From positions 34,858 to 98,857 of IMG/VR virus record IMGVR_UViG_3300009181_000044: DNA of 64,000 nucleotides, one strand, 5' to 3'. The notes under the pieces were generated by a model. That model saw nothing but the letters and a program-made list of their open reading frames with translations, did no database searches and was not told the origin of the DNA. The first letter of the stretch is position 1. Every line of letters begins with the position of its first letter. The position numbers and the translations under genes were made by a program. This stretch comes from a virus. This document shows positions 40,986 to 49,233 of this stretch, in pieces.

Positions 40986-41285
40986 TTACCCTACTTTCGA
41001 TTCATTGTCTATAATAACTTGGTCAATAATTTCACTAATTTTATAAGTTATAGATTCTCTTAGCTTTTTTAAATCTTGTTGATAGGTTGCACCACTATCA
41101 TATAACAAACTTAATTGTTCGTGGGTTATAAGTTGCTGTAACCCAAAATAAATCTGGTCATAAGCCATAGTAGATTCAGGCGTAATATCTACTTGTACGG
41201 CTTTACCATAATTGTGCATTGCCTGTTTAACAACTTCCTCTACCGTAAAGGAGTCGTTATCGTGGTATGTTAATGTTACTTTCAT
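40986..41285 (-). CDS. Hypothetical protein
   Basis: 99 aa ORF in the operon. Confidence 0.6.
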   Translation of the reverse strand: MKVTLTYHDNDSFTVEEVVKQAMHNYGKAVQVDITPESTMAYDQIYFGLQQLITHEQLSLLYDSGATYQQDLKKLRESITYKISEIIDQVIIDNESKVG

Positions 41286-41303
41286 GTTACGACTCTACAA
41301 AGT

Positions 41304-41338
41304 AAAAAAGCTCGGAAGCTTTTATGGACTTCCGAGCT
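41304..41338 (-). terminator. Intrinsic terminator
   Basis: AGCTCGGAAG...CTTCCGAGCT plus U-tract on the minus strand. Confidence 0.75.
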
Positions 41339-41356
41339 AAATAGTATTTATACTTA

Positions 41357-42106
41357 TTAAGCAGCTGCTTTAGCTTCAGCTTTAGCTTTTTTAGCTGCGC
41401 CATCATAGTCAGCAACTTTGATACCACGACGAGTAAGCAAAGTACGAAGACCACGTTCTGTTTTGTCAACAGAGGCTGCAATTTCAGCAACAGTCATAGT
41501 GCTGAGTTTGTCACCCAAAGCTGTAACTGGATCAATAGATTCCTTAGCATGAGATTGCTTTTGAGCAGGAATCTTAGAAATTTGACCTTTGCGTGTCAGG
41601 CTAAGAGCCTTACCACGAACTGAGGCAACAGTTTTATTCAATGCAGTTGCAATGTCTTCAATGAAACTACCAGCTTCTGCCATGTTGATGAACTTGGCTT
41701 CTTCTGCGTCACTGTAAGTACGAGCAACTTCAACTTTTTCAGCAGGCTTTACTGAACCAGTCAATTCTAAGGCAAGTAACTTACCTTGAATTTGTTTGGC
41801 AGTAAACTTGGCATCAGCGAAATGTTCAGCAATTTGTTTGTAGGTTAAGTTACCAGCGTTTGCATTTACGAAGTCAGCAAGATCAGTGCTTTCGTCGTGG
41901 GTAAATGCACTAGTTTTTTCTTTAGCTAGTGAAGCAACTTCACGGTCTAGTTGACGCAATTTAGAAGCAACAGAGCGAGTTGTGAACCCAAGAACTTCAG
42001 CAGCGTGTTCAACAGACTCTACGCTAACGGGGCTTGAGTTACCAACGATATTCAAAAGTTGGCTAACAGTGTCGTCAGACCATTTTTTAGTGGCTTTTTC
42101 AGTCAT
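41357..42106 (-). CDS. DNA-binding protein (T5 D5-like)
   Basis: Repeated HTH units ('RSVASKLR', 'ASVRGKAL', 'RGLRTLLTRRG'); T5 synteny. Confidence 0.75.
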   Translation of the reverse strand: MTEKATKKWSDDTVSQLLNIVGNSSPVSVESVEHAAEVLGFTTRSVASKLRQLDREVASLAKEKTSAFTHDESTDLADFVNANAGNLTYKQIAEHFADAKFTAKQIQGKLLALELTGSVKPAEKVEVARTYSDAEEAKFINMAEAGSFIEDIATALNKTVASVRGKALSLTRKGQISKIPAQKQSHAKESIDPVTALGDKLSTMTVAEIAASVDKTERGLRTLLTRRGIKVADYDGAAKKAKAEAKAAA

Positions 42107-42860
42107 TTTTATTTTCTTTCAAGAAATTATTTAAGTTTGTGATTATGGTTATTCCGAGGGACTCGGCTTTTTTGCGTTTTGTACTACCTTTATCTTCTTC
42201 ATCAACTAAATAGTCTGTGGTTTTTGTTACAGACTCTGTTGCCTTGTACCCTGCAACTTCCAGTGCTTTATGTGCTTCTGCTTTAGTTTTAAATGAAGAT
42301 AATTTTCCTGTAATGCAAATGGTTTTTAAATCCCCAGTTACAACAGAATTTTTCTGAGAACGAAATGTGAAAGGCAAAAACTCTCTCATTTCGATAAAAT
42401 CAGTTTCTAGCCAAGACAATAGGTTTTGTGTAACCTTTTCGCCCAAACCTGCTTGTTTACAAGTTTCCTGATTAATTTCGTCTATTGAATTAACAACAAG
42501 ACAAATTTTTGTTGAAGCAGTATTACCTACAAGAGGTATTGAAAAAGATGCTAGAATAGTGGCTAAATCGGCGGATTTAGATTTTTCAATTTCTAAAAGA
42601 AGTTTTTCTGCTACTTTTGTACTACCCACTGCTTCAACTACTTGGTCTTGATCTAGATAATACAATTCAGTAATATCCGCTAGACTAAGTTTTTCTACTG
42701 TACGAGCACCCATACCTTTAATAGAAAGCGTCTTACAGAAGTGTTCGAGCTTTTTATTTAGTTGAGCACCGCAAGCTGTGTTTCTACAAAAGAGCTGATC
42801 GTTGACCAGTTCTAAAGTATAATTACAGCAGGGGCATTCGGTTGGTATTTCGATTCTCAT
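42099..42860 (-). CDS. NAD-dependent DNA ligase subunit B (Zn finger-HhH-BRCT)
   Basis: 'CPCC...FCRNTAC', HhH and BRCT 'ITGKL...SVTKTTDYLV..KAESLGI'. Confidence 0.9.
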   Translation of the reverse strand: MRIEIPTECPCCNYTLELVNDQLFCRNTACGAQLNKKLEHFCKTLSIKGMGARTVEKLSLADITELYYLDQDQVVEAVGSTKVAEKLLLEIEKSKSADLATILASFSIPLVGNTASTKICLVVNSIDEINQETCKQAGLGEKVTQNLLSWLETDFIEMREFLPFTFRSQKNSVVTGDLKTICITGKLSSFKTKAEAHKALEVAGYKATESVTKTTDYLVDEEDKGSTKRKKAESLGITIITNLNNFLKENKND

Positions 42861-42885
42861 AGTTTCATTATCAATTTATAAGTAT

Positions 42886-42914
42886 ATTATAACCGATTAA
42901 GGAGGCTTTATCAA
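42886..42914 (-). promoter_or_regulatory. sigma70-like promoter
   Basis: TTGATA-17-TATAAT. Confidence 0.7.
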
Positions 42915-42945
42915 GTGTAAATTTTACTACCCTGACTTCGTCAAC

Positions 42946-43899
42946 CTACGCATCTACTTTATGCAAGATGCAAGGAATAATCTCACCAGAGCGAATTACT
43001 GCTACAGTGTCTCCGATTTGGAGATCCAGCATTTCAATAAAGCCAGGATTATTAAGAGTAGCTCTGGAGACCAAAGCATCACCAATATAAACAGGCTCTA
43101 GAATAGCTACTGGAGTAACTTTACCAGATTTACCAACTTGCCACTCAACTCCGATAAGTTTTGTTTCAACGTGTTCGGCTCGCTCTTTTCTTGCATAAGC
43201 GCCCCTGGGATGTTTAGCTGTATAGCCCATTTCGTAAAATGTTTTATTGTCATTTACGCGAAATACTACACCATCACAAGGATATATTTTGTCTAGATCA
43301 GCTTCGTTGATTACACTAAATCCAAAAGACTTTAAGTCTGACATATCTTGGTTAAAAGTAGAAGCAATGCTTGGCTGTATCCCATAAGCAAAGAAACTAA
43401 TTGCTCTAGTTTTAAACTCGTCTGTATTTTTTAGATTTAGTGCACCTGCTGCATAGTTTCGGGCATTCTCAATATTTTTAGGGGCTACGATTTCGCCTGT
43501 AATTTGGAATACTCCCTTAACAGGTATTTCATGAGGCACAAGTTTAGTAGCTAACAACTTGTCAGTAATTACCTGACCTTCTATGCCATCACCACGCGTA
43601 AGACCTCTAACAAGATTACCATCAACATACAGTAAGCTAATAGCTGCCCCGTCCAGCTTAGTACTAACAACAATGTCTCGAATACCTTCCAAAGGCCGTT
43701 TTTGATTTTCGTCTTCATAGTATTTTTGTAAGCTGTACATTTGATAAACATGACGCTCTACATTGCCGTGTTGTTTTGCACCCACAGCATTGTAGCCAAT
43801 TGACTCAGCCAATTGGTCAAACTGAGCATCACTAATTACTGGACTACCGGCATAGTATGCTCTTGAAGCAACATTTAGATATTGTTCTAGTTTATTCAT
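42946..43899 (-). CDS. ligA: NAD-dependent DNA ligase subunit A (adenylation and OB domains)
   Basis: 'ISDAQFD', 'KLDG', 'TRGDG', 'DGVV', 'RATLNN' and 'RSGEIIP' motifs. Confidence 0.92.
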   Translation of the reverse strand: MNKLEQYLNVASRAYYAGSPVISDAQFDQLAESIGYNAVGAKQHGNVERHVYQMYSLQKYYEDENQKRPLEGIRDIVVSTKLDGAAISLLYVDGNLVRGLTRGDGIEGQVITDKLLATKLVPHEIPVKGVFQITGEIVAPKNIENARNYAAGALNLKNTDEFKTRAISFFAYGIQPSIASTFNQDMSDLKSFGFSVINEADLDKIYPCDGVVFRVNDNKTFYEMGYTAKHPRGAYARKERAEHVETKLIGVEWQVGKSGKVTPVAILEPVYIGDALVSRATLNNPGFIEMLDLQIGDTVAVIRSGEIIPCILHKVDA

Positions 43900-43921
43900 T
43901 AATCCTGCCTTTAAATAATAA

Positions 43922-44221
43922 TTATACCAGTTTAGGGTCGGCATTACAAGTCAATTTTTCTGAATAGTGACGGATAATATCTTCGCCTTCTGCTTTTGAG
44001 CATATGTCAAATAGTCCGTCTAACATTGCATAAATATTTTCTGTTGACGCAGGTATTGATACACCTTCTCGACTAGGTATCCACTCACCTTCATAACTTA
44101 AAAAGTACTTTCTAAGTTGTATATAAGTTGTTTCCCTAAAGTCATTAACTACTAAACGTACCTGGTAGCCTTTTTCTAGATTTTCTTCAATTAGTTTGTT
44201 GTATTGTATATTTGAATCCAT
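43922..44221 (-). CDS. PC4/YdbC-like ssDNA-binding protein
   Basis: 'NDFRETTYIQLRKYF...WIPSREGVSI'. Confidence 0.7.
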   Translation of the reverse strand: MDSNIQYNKLIEENLEKGYQVRLVVNDFRETTYIQLRKYFLSYEGEWIPSREGVSIPASTENIYAMLDGLFDICSKAEGEDIIRHYSEKLTCNADPKLV

Positions 44222-44278
44222 TTAGGCTCCGGTAAACTTTTTAACTTTTAAAATTTTGCTGGTTTGGCGCCTGTGTTT

Positions 44279-44899
44279 TTATATGCGTACACCCAGCTGT
44301 CGTAGGTGCTCTAGGCTAGCTAGCTCTGTGGCTTCTTGATATGCATTTTGTTGCCATTTTTCTGCCAACAACCACACTCTGTAAATCCAGCCGTGCCGCT
44401 CGCTAAAAGACTCCGCATCAATTCTAGCGGTAGAGTCATATCGAGCACTATAAACTACTTCACCAACTTTAAATCGATCACGCACTGCACCTTCTGGGAT
44501 TAGTTCTGGTTTAAAGTAGCTGCTTCCAGGTACACGAATAGGTACTGAGTTAGTTTCTAGAATATTCTTGATGAATGTGCTACTACGAAATGTAGCTTTA
44601 GAGATTGCATCTACAGTTTCGCCCGCAAGGTATTCAGAAATAATGTAAACGCGTTCTTCGTCAGTTACTGGCTTGCCTCGTTTCTCTGCTCTGCGTTCAG
44701 CATTCCTACTTTGTTTCTTTTTCCAGTCTTCGATGATTGTTCCAAGCCTGGTCGTATTATATGCCATGCCAAGAATTTGGCAAGCATCTTTTTTAGTAAT
44801 TGCTTTCGCACCTTGTTCAGGCTCTAGCAGTTTAATGACTTTTGCTATATTAGCATCCGTCATCAATTCTTCTTCACTAGCTGATTTTTTTCTTGCCAT
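44279..44899 (-). CDS. Putative DNA-binding protein
   Basis: HTH-like 'TKKDACQILGMAYNTTRL'. Confidence 0.6.
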   Translation of the reverse strand: MARKKSASEEELMTDANIAKVIKLLEPEQGAKAITKKDACQILGMAYNTTRLGTIIEDWKKKQSRNAERRAEKRGKPVTDEERVYIISEYLAGETVDAISKATFRSSTFIKNILETNSVPIRVPGSSYFKPELIPEGAVRDRFKVGEVVYSARYDSTARIDAESFSERHGWIYRVWLLAEKWQQNAYQEATELASLEHLRQLGVRI

Positions 44900-44915
44900 A
44901 ATGCTTCTCCAAAAG

Positions 44916-44938
44916 AAAAAGGCGGCACTAGGCCGCCT
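44916..44938 (-). terminator. Intrinsic terminator
   Basis: AGGCGGC-CTAGT-GCCGCCT-TTTT on the minus strand. Confidence 0.75.
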
Positions 44939-44941
44939 CGT

Positions 44942-45304
44942 TTACGCTTTCAACACGCCCAAGAAATAAACTGCGGCTTTGCCAGTCAGTTTGCTCAAAA
45001 TGTCTTCGTCAATCTCAGCACCTTTAGCTTCGATTGCGGCTTTAAGATCAGCAATGCTAGACTCTTTGCTAACACGCTTACTACCTTCACCAGCAGGCTT
45101 GGCAGTTTTGCTAGTAGAAGCACCGGCTTCTTTCTTAACATAAACACCAGCTTGTACTAGTACCATACGAACGCCGTTAGGCGACATTTCAATTTCTTCT
45201 GCAATATCTTTGATAATTTCAGTTGAGGATTCAGGGGTTGGGCCTGCTCCTTCATACATTTCAATAACTTTAGTTTTCAGTTCTTCAGTCCATGCGCTTG
45301 CCAT
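44942..45304 (-). CDS. DNA-binding protein (T5 D3-like)
   Basis: 'WTEELK...SPNGVRMVL..AGVYVKK...KLTGKAA.YF'; synteny. Confidence 0.65.
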   Translation of the reverse strand: MASAWTEELKTKVIEMYEGAGPTPESSTEIIKDIAEEIEMSPNGVRMVLVQAGVYVKKEAGASTSKTAKPAGEGSKRVSKESSIADLKAAIEAKGAEIDEDILSKLTGKAAVYFLGVLKA

Positions 45305-45317
45305 ATTTGTTCCTTTT

Positions 45318-45590
45318 TTAAATATATTCTGTGTTGATTGCCGACATTTGTTTTGGAGAAAATCGGCGATAGTTGTGCTTTAGATCGTGTTTAGCCAATA
45401 GAGCCATAGTTGCTTCATGCTGTGCGGTCTTTAAAGTACGCATTTCATTGGCAAATAAGGCAAACTCATCTTCTGGCATTTTGGTAACATCAATGCCTTC
45501 AATAAATTCAGTGGGGGTAACCAACTCAACTATTGCTCGGTCAGAAACTGAGCCGTCAGCTTTAGTGTATGTAAATTCCAAAAGTTTCAT
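45318..45590 (-). CDS. Hypothetical SH3/WYL-like protein
   Basis: 'FTYTKADGSVSDR...YRRF' pattern. Confidence 0.5.
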   Translation of the reverse strand: MKLLEFTYTKADGSVSDRAIVELVTPTEFIEGIDVTKMPEDEFALFANEMRTLKTAQHEATMALLAKHDLKHNYRRFSPKQMSAINTEYI

Positions 45591-45620
45591 GATGTGCCTT
45601 TTCTAATTGATTAAGTATAT

Positions 45621-45649
45621 ATTATATACTATAACAGTGATTGATTCAA
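45621..45649 (-). promoter_or_regulatory. sigma70-like promoter
   Basis: TTGAAT-17-TATAAT. Confidence 0.7.
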
Positions 45650-45660
45650 ATAAAAAATTT

Positions 45661-45921
45661 TTAATCTTGTTTTAATATTTCTTTTGACAGTCCACGTTCA
45701 AACGCTTCCGCGTATTTTGTAAATAAAAGAGGCAGTACTAAAAATGGGGCAACTATAGTACTAATGATTATATAAATGAATATACTTAACTTAGGATTCT
45801 TTGTAAATCCGTTTTCTACATTATTAGATCGTGCTTTTTGTAATAGTGGATAAAACCATATATAACAAGCAGTAAAAGAAGTACTAAACGCAAATAGCAA
45901 ATAGTATTCTATTACATCCAT
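45661..45921 (-). CDS. Two-TM membrane protein
   Basis: Two hydrophobic helices. Confidence 0.6.
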   Translation of the reverse strand: MDVIEYYLLFAFSTSFTACYIWFYPLLQKARSNNVENGFTKNPKLSIFIYIIISTIVAPFLVLPLLFTKYAEAFERGLSKEILKQD

Positions 45922-46304
45922 ACCAGCCTTCCGTTCTTATCGTGAGCGCGTGCACCCAACTGGAAACTTACTCTGCCTTCTGGCACTTTTTTGTCAGGAT
46001 TACTACGAGCAGCTTGAACAGCCTCTGATTGTGTTTTAGGATTACTACTAAACAATGCTTTGTCTGCTCTGCCAGTAAACAGCTTAAATATTTTAGCTAA
46101 TCGAATATCAGTATGCGACCACTGTGGGTTGCTAGGCGTTTTTCTACGTGCACGAATATTAGTTAAAGCATTTTTAATTTGCTCATTGTTGGGCTGCTGT
46201 TTCAACAGCCGCTGCAACTTTAGTTTACGATTCTTTTCGTATTTGTTAGAGCTCTTATAAACTGCACTGTAGTTTTGTTTTGATTTACTAGCTGATTTAG
46301 CCAA
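45912..46304 (-). CDS. Basic hypothetical protein
   Basis: Lys/Arg-rich 130 aa ORF. Confidence 0.6.
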   Translation of the reverse strand: MAKSASKSKQNYSAVYKSSNKYEKNRKLKLQRLLKQQPNNEQIKNALTNIRARRKTPSNPQWSHTDIRLAKIFKLFTGRADKALFSSNPKTQSEAVQAARSNPDKKVPEGRVSFQLGARAHDKNGRLVWM

Positions 46305-46305
46305 T

Positions 46306-46560
46306 TTAATATCCTTTTCTTATTTTAAAGATGCCAGTATCTTCTACTGACTTGAGCTCAACAATTTTAGCTTGCTCTAAGTATTCTAAGACTGCAAATG
46401 CTTCACCAAAAGAAAAAATACGTTGCTGCTCTTGATTAACAAGATCAGCAACGTGATTTAAATACTCTAGGCTTACTAGCTTCCAAGTCTCAGTACTTAG
46501 TTCACCAACGAGAGTCTTGAAGGGATTCGTTTTCAAACTGGACTTCGTGGTATTCGACAT
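46306..46560 (-). CDS. Hypothetical protein
   Basis: ORF; start uncertain. Confidence 0.5.
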   Translation of the reverse strand: MSNTTKSSLKTNPFKTLVGELSTETWKLVSLEYLNHVADLVNQEQQRIFSFGEAFAVLEYLEQAKIVELKSVEDTGIFKIRKGY

Positions 46561-46834
46561 GGGCAGCCTCGTCACTTTCAGCAAGTATTTCTAGTTCTTT
46601 AGCCTTGAGCACTTTCATGTGAATATCGTAGCAGGCTTGCAAAGCTGTAATTAGATCAGGTACTTGTTCAATAGAGATAGGCATATAGCGACGGCAAGTA
46701 TCTGTAATAGCGATTTCGTCTAAGCCGCCAGCATTAGTACCATATTCAACATAGTTGTAGAAATAGCTGTCATTATATTCAAAGGTCTCGTCGGTGTCGG
46801 TGAGGTCTAGGACTTCGGAAAAGTAAATTTTCAT
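46502..46834 (-). CDS. Acidic hypothetical protein
   Basis: ORF downstream of a promoter. Confidence 0.6.
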   Translation of the reverse strand: MKIYFSEVLDLTDTDETFEYNDSYFYNYVEYGTNAGGLDEIAITDTCRRYMPISIEQVPDLITALQACYDIHMKVLKAKELEILAESDEAAHVEYHEVQFENESLQDSRW

Positions 46835-46869
46835 AGTTTGTTTGCTTTAAAGTTGTTAGTGAAGTTAAT

Positions 46870-46898
46870 ATTATACTAAAAAATACTCAGCAATTCAA
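46870..46898 (-). promoter_or_regulatory. sigma70-like promoter
   Basis: TTGAAT-17-TATAAT. Confidence 0.7.
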
Positions 46899-46928
46899 GT
46901 AAATATTTTTTAATCAAAGTAGAATAGG

Positions 46929-47003
46929 TGGTGCACTGACTAGGAATTGAACCTAGACTCGACCGATTATGAGTCGGCTGCTTTACCATTAAGCTATCAG
47001 TGC
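46929..47003 (-). tRNA. tRNA-Ile2(CAT) (lysidine type; Met not excluded)
   Basis: Cloverleaf; CCGA-CTCATAA-TCGG anticodon arm like bacterial Ile2; CCA encoded. Confidence 0.8.
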
Positions 47004-47519
47004 TTGTTTTTTAATTTGTTCTAGTGATATTGGGGTGTAATTAATTCTTTCTACTGATACATTAAAGTATCTGCGATCTGGAATTTGTGCTAATTGCATA
47101 CGAACTACATTGTTATGTAGGTGCCCGTGCACATTAAGACCCCAGCGTGCTAGGCTTTCAGGGTGAATGGGAATATGGGTTAATATAATTCCGTCAAACT
47201 GGTGCGATCCACGAATGTCTTTAAAGTACTTTAAGTACTGTTGAGCAGTAGCTAAATCGTGATTGCCTTTAACAAGAACTTTTTCGCCATTAAGTCTACC
47301 TAAGATTTCCAATCCTGTAGCATTACGAGTCATAGTTACGTCACCCAAAAAGTAAACTTTATCCGCAGGACGCACCATACTGTTATGGCAAACAACCATA
47401 TGTTCATTCATATGTTCAACCGAATCAAAAACGCGCAGGGGAGCGCCTTCTGAGTCTTTAAACGTCAAAATGTTTTGGTGATGAAAGTGATGGTCACTTG
47501 CGAAAAATATGTTTGGCAT
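46989..47519 (-). CDS. Calcineurin-like metallophosphoesterase
   Basis: 'SDHHFHH', 'LGD', 'GNHD', 'THIP' and 'HGHLH' motifs. Confidence 0.88.
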   Translation of the reverse strand: MPNIFFASDHHFHHQNILTFKDSEGAPLRVFDSVEHMNEHMVVCHNSMVRPADKVYFLGDVTMTRNATGLEILGRLNGEKVLVKGNHDLATAQQYLKYFKDIRGSHQFDGIILTHIPIHPESLARWGLNVHGHLHNNVVRMQLAQIPDRRYFNVSVERINYTPISLEQIKKQALIA

Positions 47520-47546
47520 AAATAAAAAATCCCTGAACAAGTATAT

Positions 47547-47575
47547 ATTATACTAAATTCAAGGATTTGTGTCAA
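47547..47575 (-). promoter_or_regulatory. Consensus sigma70 promoter
   Basis: TTGACA-17-TATAAT. Confidence 0.8.
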
Positions 47576-47586
47576 GTTTAGATAAT

Positions 47587-47661
47587 TGGTACCTGGTGAC
47601 GGGTTCGAACCGCCGACCTTCGCCGTGTAAAAGCACTGCTCTACCGCTGAGCTAACCAGGC
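47587..47661 (-). tRNA. tRNA-Val(TAC)
   Basis: Cloverleaf with CCA; weak anticodon stem. Confidence 0.85.
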
Positions 47662-47733
47662 AATTCCAACTGTTACCTTACGCTAAACCGTTGGCGTTTT
47701 TGCGGCCTTTTTTAAAGTCACATAGGAACTGAC

Positions 47734-47807
47734 TGGAGCAGGGTGCGAGAATCGAACTCGCAACCGAAGATTGGAAATCTGCTGTTTTACCACTAAACTA
47801 ACCCTGC
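47734..47807 (-). tRNA. tRNA-Gly(TCC)
   Basis: Cloverleaf, U73, CCA. Confidence 0.9.
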
Positions 47808-47815
47808 AAAAAATC

Positions 47816-47890
47816 TGGAGCAGGATGTCGGGTTCGAACCGACGACATTCTCGTTGGCAACGAGACATTCTACCACTGAATTAATCCTGC
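47816..47890 (-). tRNA. tRNA-Gly(GCC)
   Basis: Cloverleaf, U73, CCA. Confidence 0.92.
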
Positions 47891-47891
47891 G

Positions 47892-47983
47892 TGGCGGAAG
47901 ACGGAGGAGTCGAACCCCATCCCTGTTAAGAGAACCTGGTTTTCAAGGCCAGTCGCAGGACCAACCCCGCTGCATCATCTTCC
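47892..47983 (-). tRNA. tRNA-Ser(TGA), non-canonical 8/4-type fold
   Basis: GGAAGATG/CGTCTTCC 8-bp acceptor, 4-bp T-stem, long variable arm, G73-CCA. Confidence 0.8.
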
Positions 47984-47987
47984 AAGA

Positions 47988-48060
47988 CTAGTTATTTTTG
48001 TGTCAGGAAACTAGCAAACCCCGTGAGCGCAGCCCATCCTGTTTTCGCGTCAGCGGAGCC
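47988..48060 (-). ncRNA. Putative kissing-loop/pseudoknot ncRNA
   Basis: Stems GGCTCCG/CGGGGTT, TGACGCG/TGCGCTCA and CTAGTT/AACTAG; loop-loop CAGGA/TCCTG. Confidence 0.5.
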
Positions 48061-48065
48061 AGAAG

Positions 48066-48662
48066 CTAAGAAGCATTTGTAGACAGGTCTGGCAATTTTT
48101 CTTTGCGTGATTCAATCAATTTGTTGATACGCTCAAGCACTTGTTCTGAAGTCATCCAAATGTCTTTGTTGTGCAACATAGCTTGGATTTCTTCGGTAGT
48201 TAAAAAATCTTTGTATACTTCGGTTAAGAACTGTTCTGACCAAGCTCGTTCAAACTGAACTTGATCGTACATTTCTCCGCCTTTACCAAATACTCCAGCC
48301 GAATAGTTGTGAAACATAAATAAGCTGTGTGGAGTTATTTCGTAACTGTGTCCTGACAAAAAGATCATGGTTGCAGCACTCATACAAGCACCTTCTACAC
48401 TAGTGGTGATGTGCGCAGCACTTTCACCCATTACGCGTAAGAATTGAATTGCGCTATATAAGTCTCCGCCACAACTGTTGATATGAAACTTAATCTCATC
48501 GTACTGTCGTGCATTGCGGATAATATCAAACCAGCTAGTATAATTTTCCGGCTCTAGTAGTTCTCCAGACAAATAAAACTCGTAAGAATTACTTGTGTTT
48601 TTGGTAAAAAACTCTGTTGACCCCAATTTAGGGTCAAGTAAATCATCTAGGCTATTTGTCAT
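48066..48662 (-). CDS. clpP: ClpP-family serine protease
   Basis: 'HINSCGG', 'ACMSAAT' (Ser), 'FMFHN' (His) and 'DIWMT' motifs. Confidence 0.85.
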   Translation of the reverse strand: MTNSLDDLLDPKLGSTEFFTKNTSNSYEFYLSGELLEPENYTSWFDIIRNARQYDEIKFHINSCGGDLYSAIQFLRVMGESAAHITTSVEGACMSAATMIFLSGHSYEITPHSLFMFHNYSAGVFGKGGEMYDQVQFERAWSEQFLTEVYKDFLTTEEIQAMLHNKDIWMTSEQVLERINKLIESRKEKLPDLSTNAS

Positions 48663-48674
48663 GTTATTTTATAA

Positions 48675-49217
48675 TTAGAAGCTAAACCCTACTCCGAGAC
48701 CATAAGCATTTTCTTGAATATCTTGATAGCTTTTGCTAGCATTTAAGTTTAATACAACGTTCTTAAGAACTGGGTAGCTATACGTACCAAATACAACTGA
48801 TTGTTTAGTTTCAGTTGTAGCAGTTGTGCCTACGCGAGTTTTTACACCAGCTAAAGCAAAACCAGGGCCAACCTTTAAACCAGCAGTTGCACCAACTAAG
48901 CCGTATTTATAGTCTGAGTTACGAGCACCATTAAGCCCATTGTCAAGACCAACACCAACAAAAGGTGTAACGCCAAACATGGATTTACCAGCTGTAACTT
49001 CTAGGCTATGAATCATGCCACCAGTTTCAAATGTGGCTGTACGGCCTTGTGCACCTAACTGAATGCCACTAACTTCTTTACCAGCACGAATATACTGAGC
49101 AGTACTGCGAGCACCAGAAGCCTGATCGTTAACACTATCGATGTCAACGCTAAAATAATCAGCAGCAGATGCCGCACATGATAAAGCAACTAAAGTTGCA
49201 GTTAAGACTTTTTTCAT
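48675..49217 (-). CDS. Outer-membrane beta-barrel-like protein
   Basis: Signal peptide (ASA|AD), amphipathic beta-strands, C-terminal 'YGLGVGFSF' BAM-type signal. Confidence 0.7.
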   Translation of the reverse strand: MKKVLTATLVALSCAASAADYFSVDIDSVNDQASGARSTAQYIRAGKEVSGIQLGAQGRTATFETGGMIHSLEVTAGKSMFGVTPFVGVGLDNGLNGARNSDYKYGLVGATAGLKVGPGFALAGVKTRVGTTATTETKQSVVFGTYSYPVLKNVVLNLNASKSYQDIQENAYGLGVGFSF

Positions 49218-49233
49218 AAAATTCCTTGTTAAT

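Noticed and set aside
694-46260. Numerous antisense or alternate-frame ORFs inside long genes
   Set aside because: Explained by codon bias of the real genes on the opposite strand or frame
47892-47983. tRNA-Sec (selC) or UGA suppressor
   Set aside because: The anticodon reads TGA (decodes UCA, Ser), not TCA, and no selA/selB/selD genes are visible
48030-48056. Hammerhead ribozyme (CTGACGCGAAA)
   Set aside because: Lacks the CUGAnGA core, stem II and a properly placed cleavage triplet
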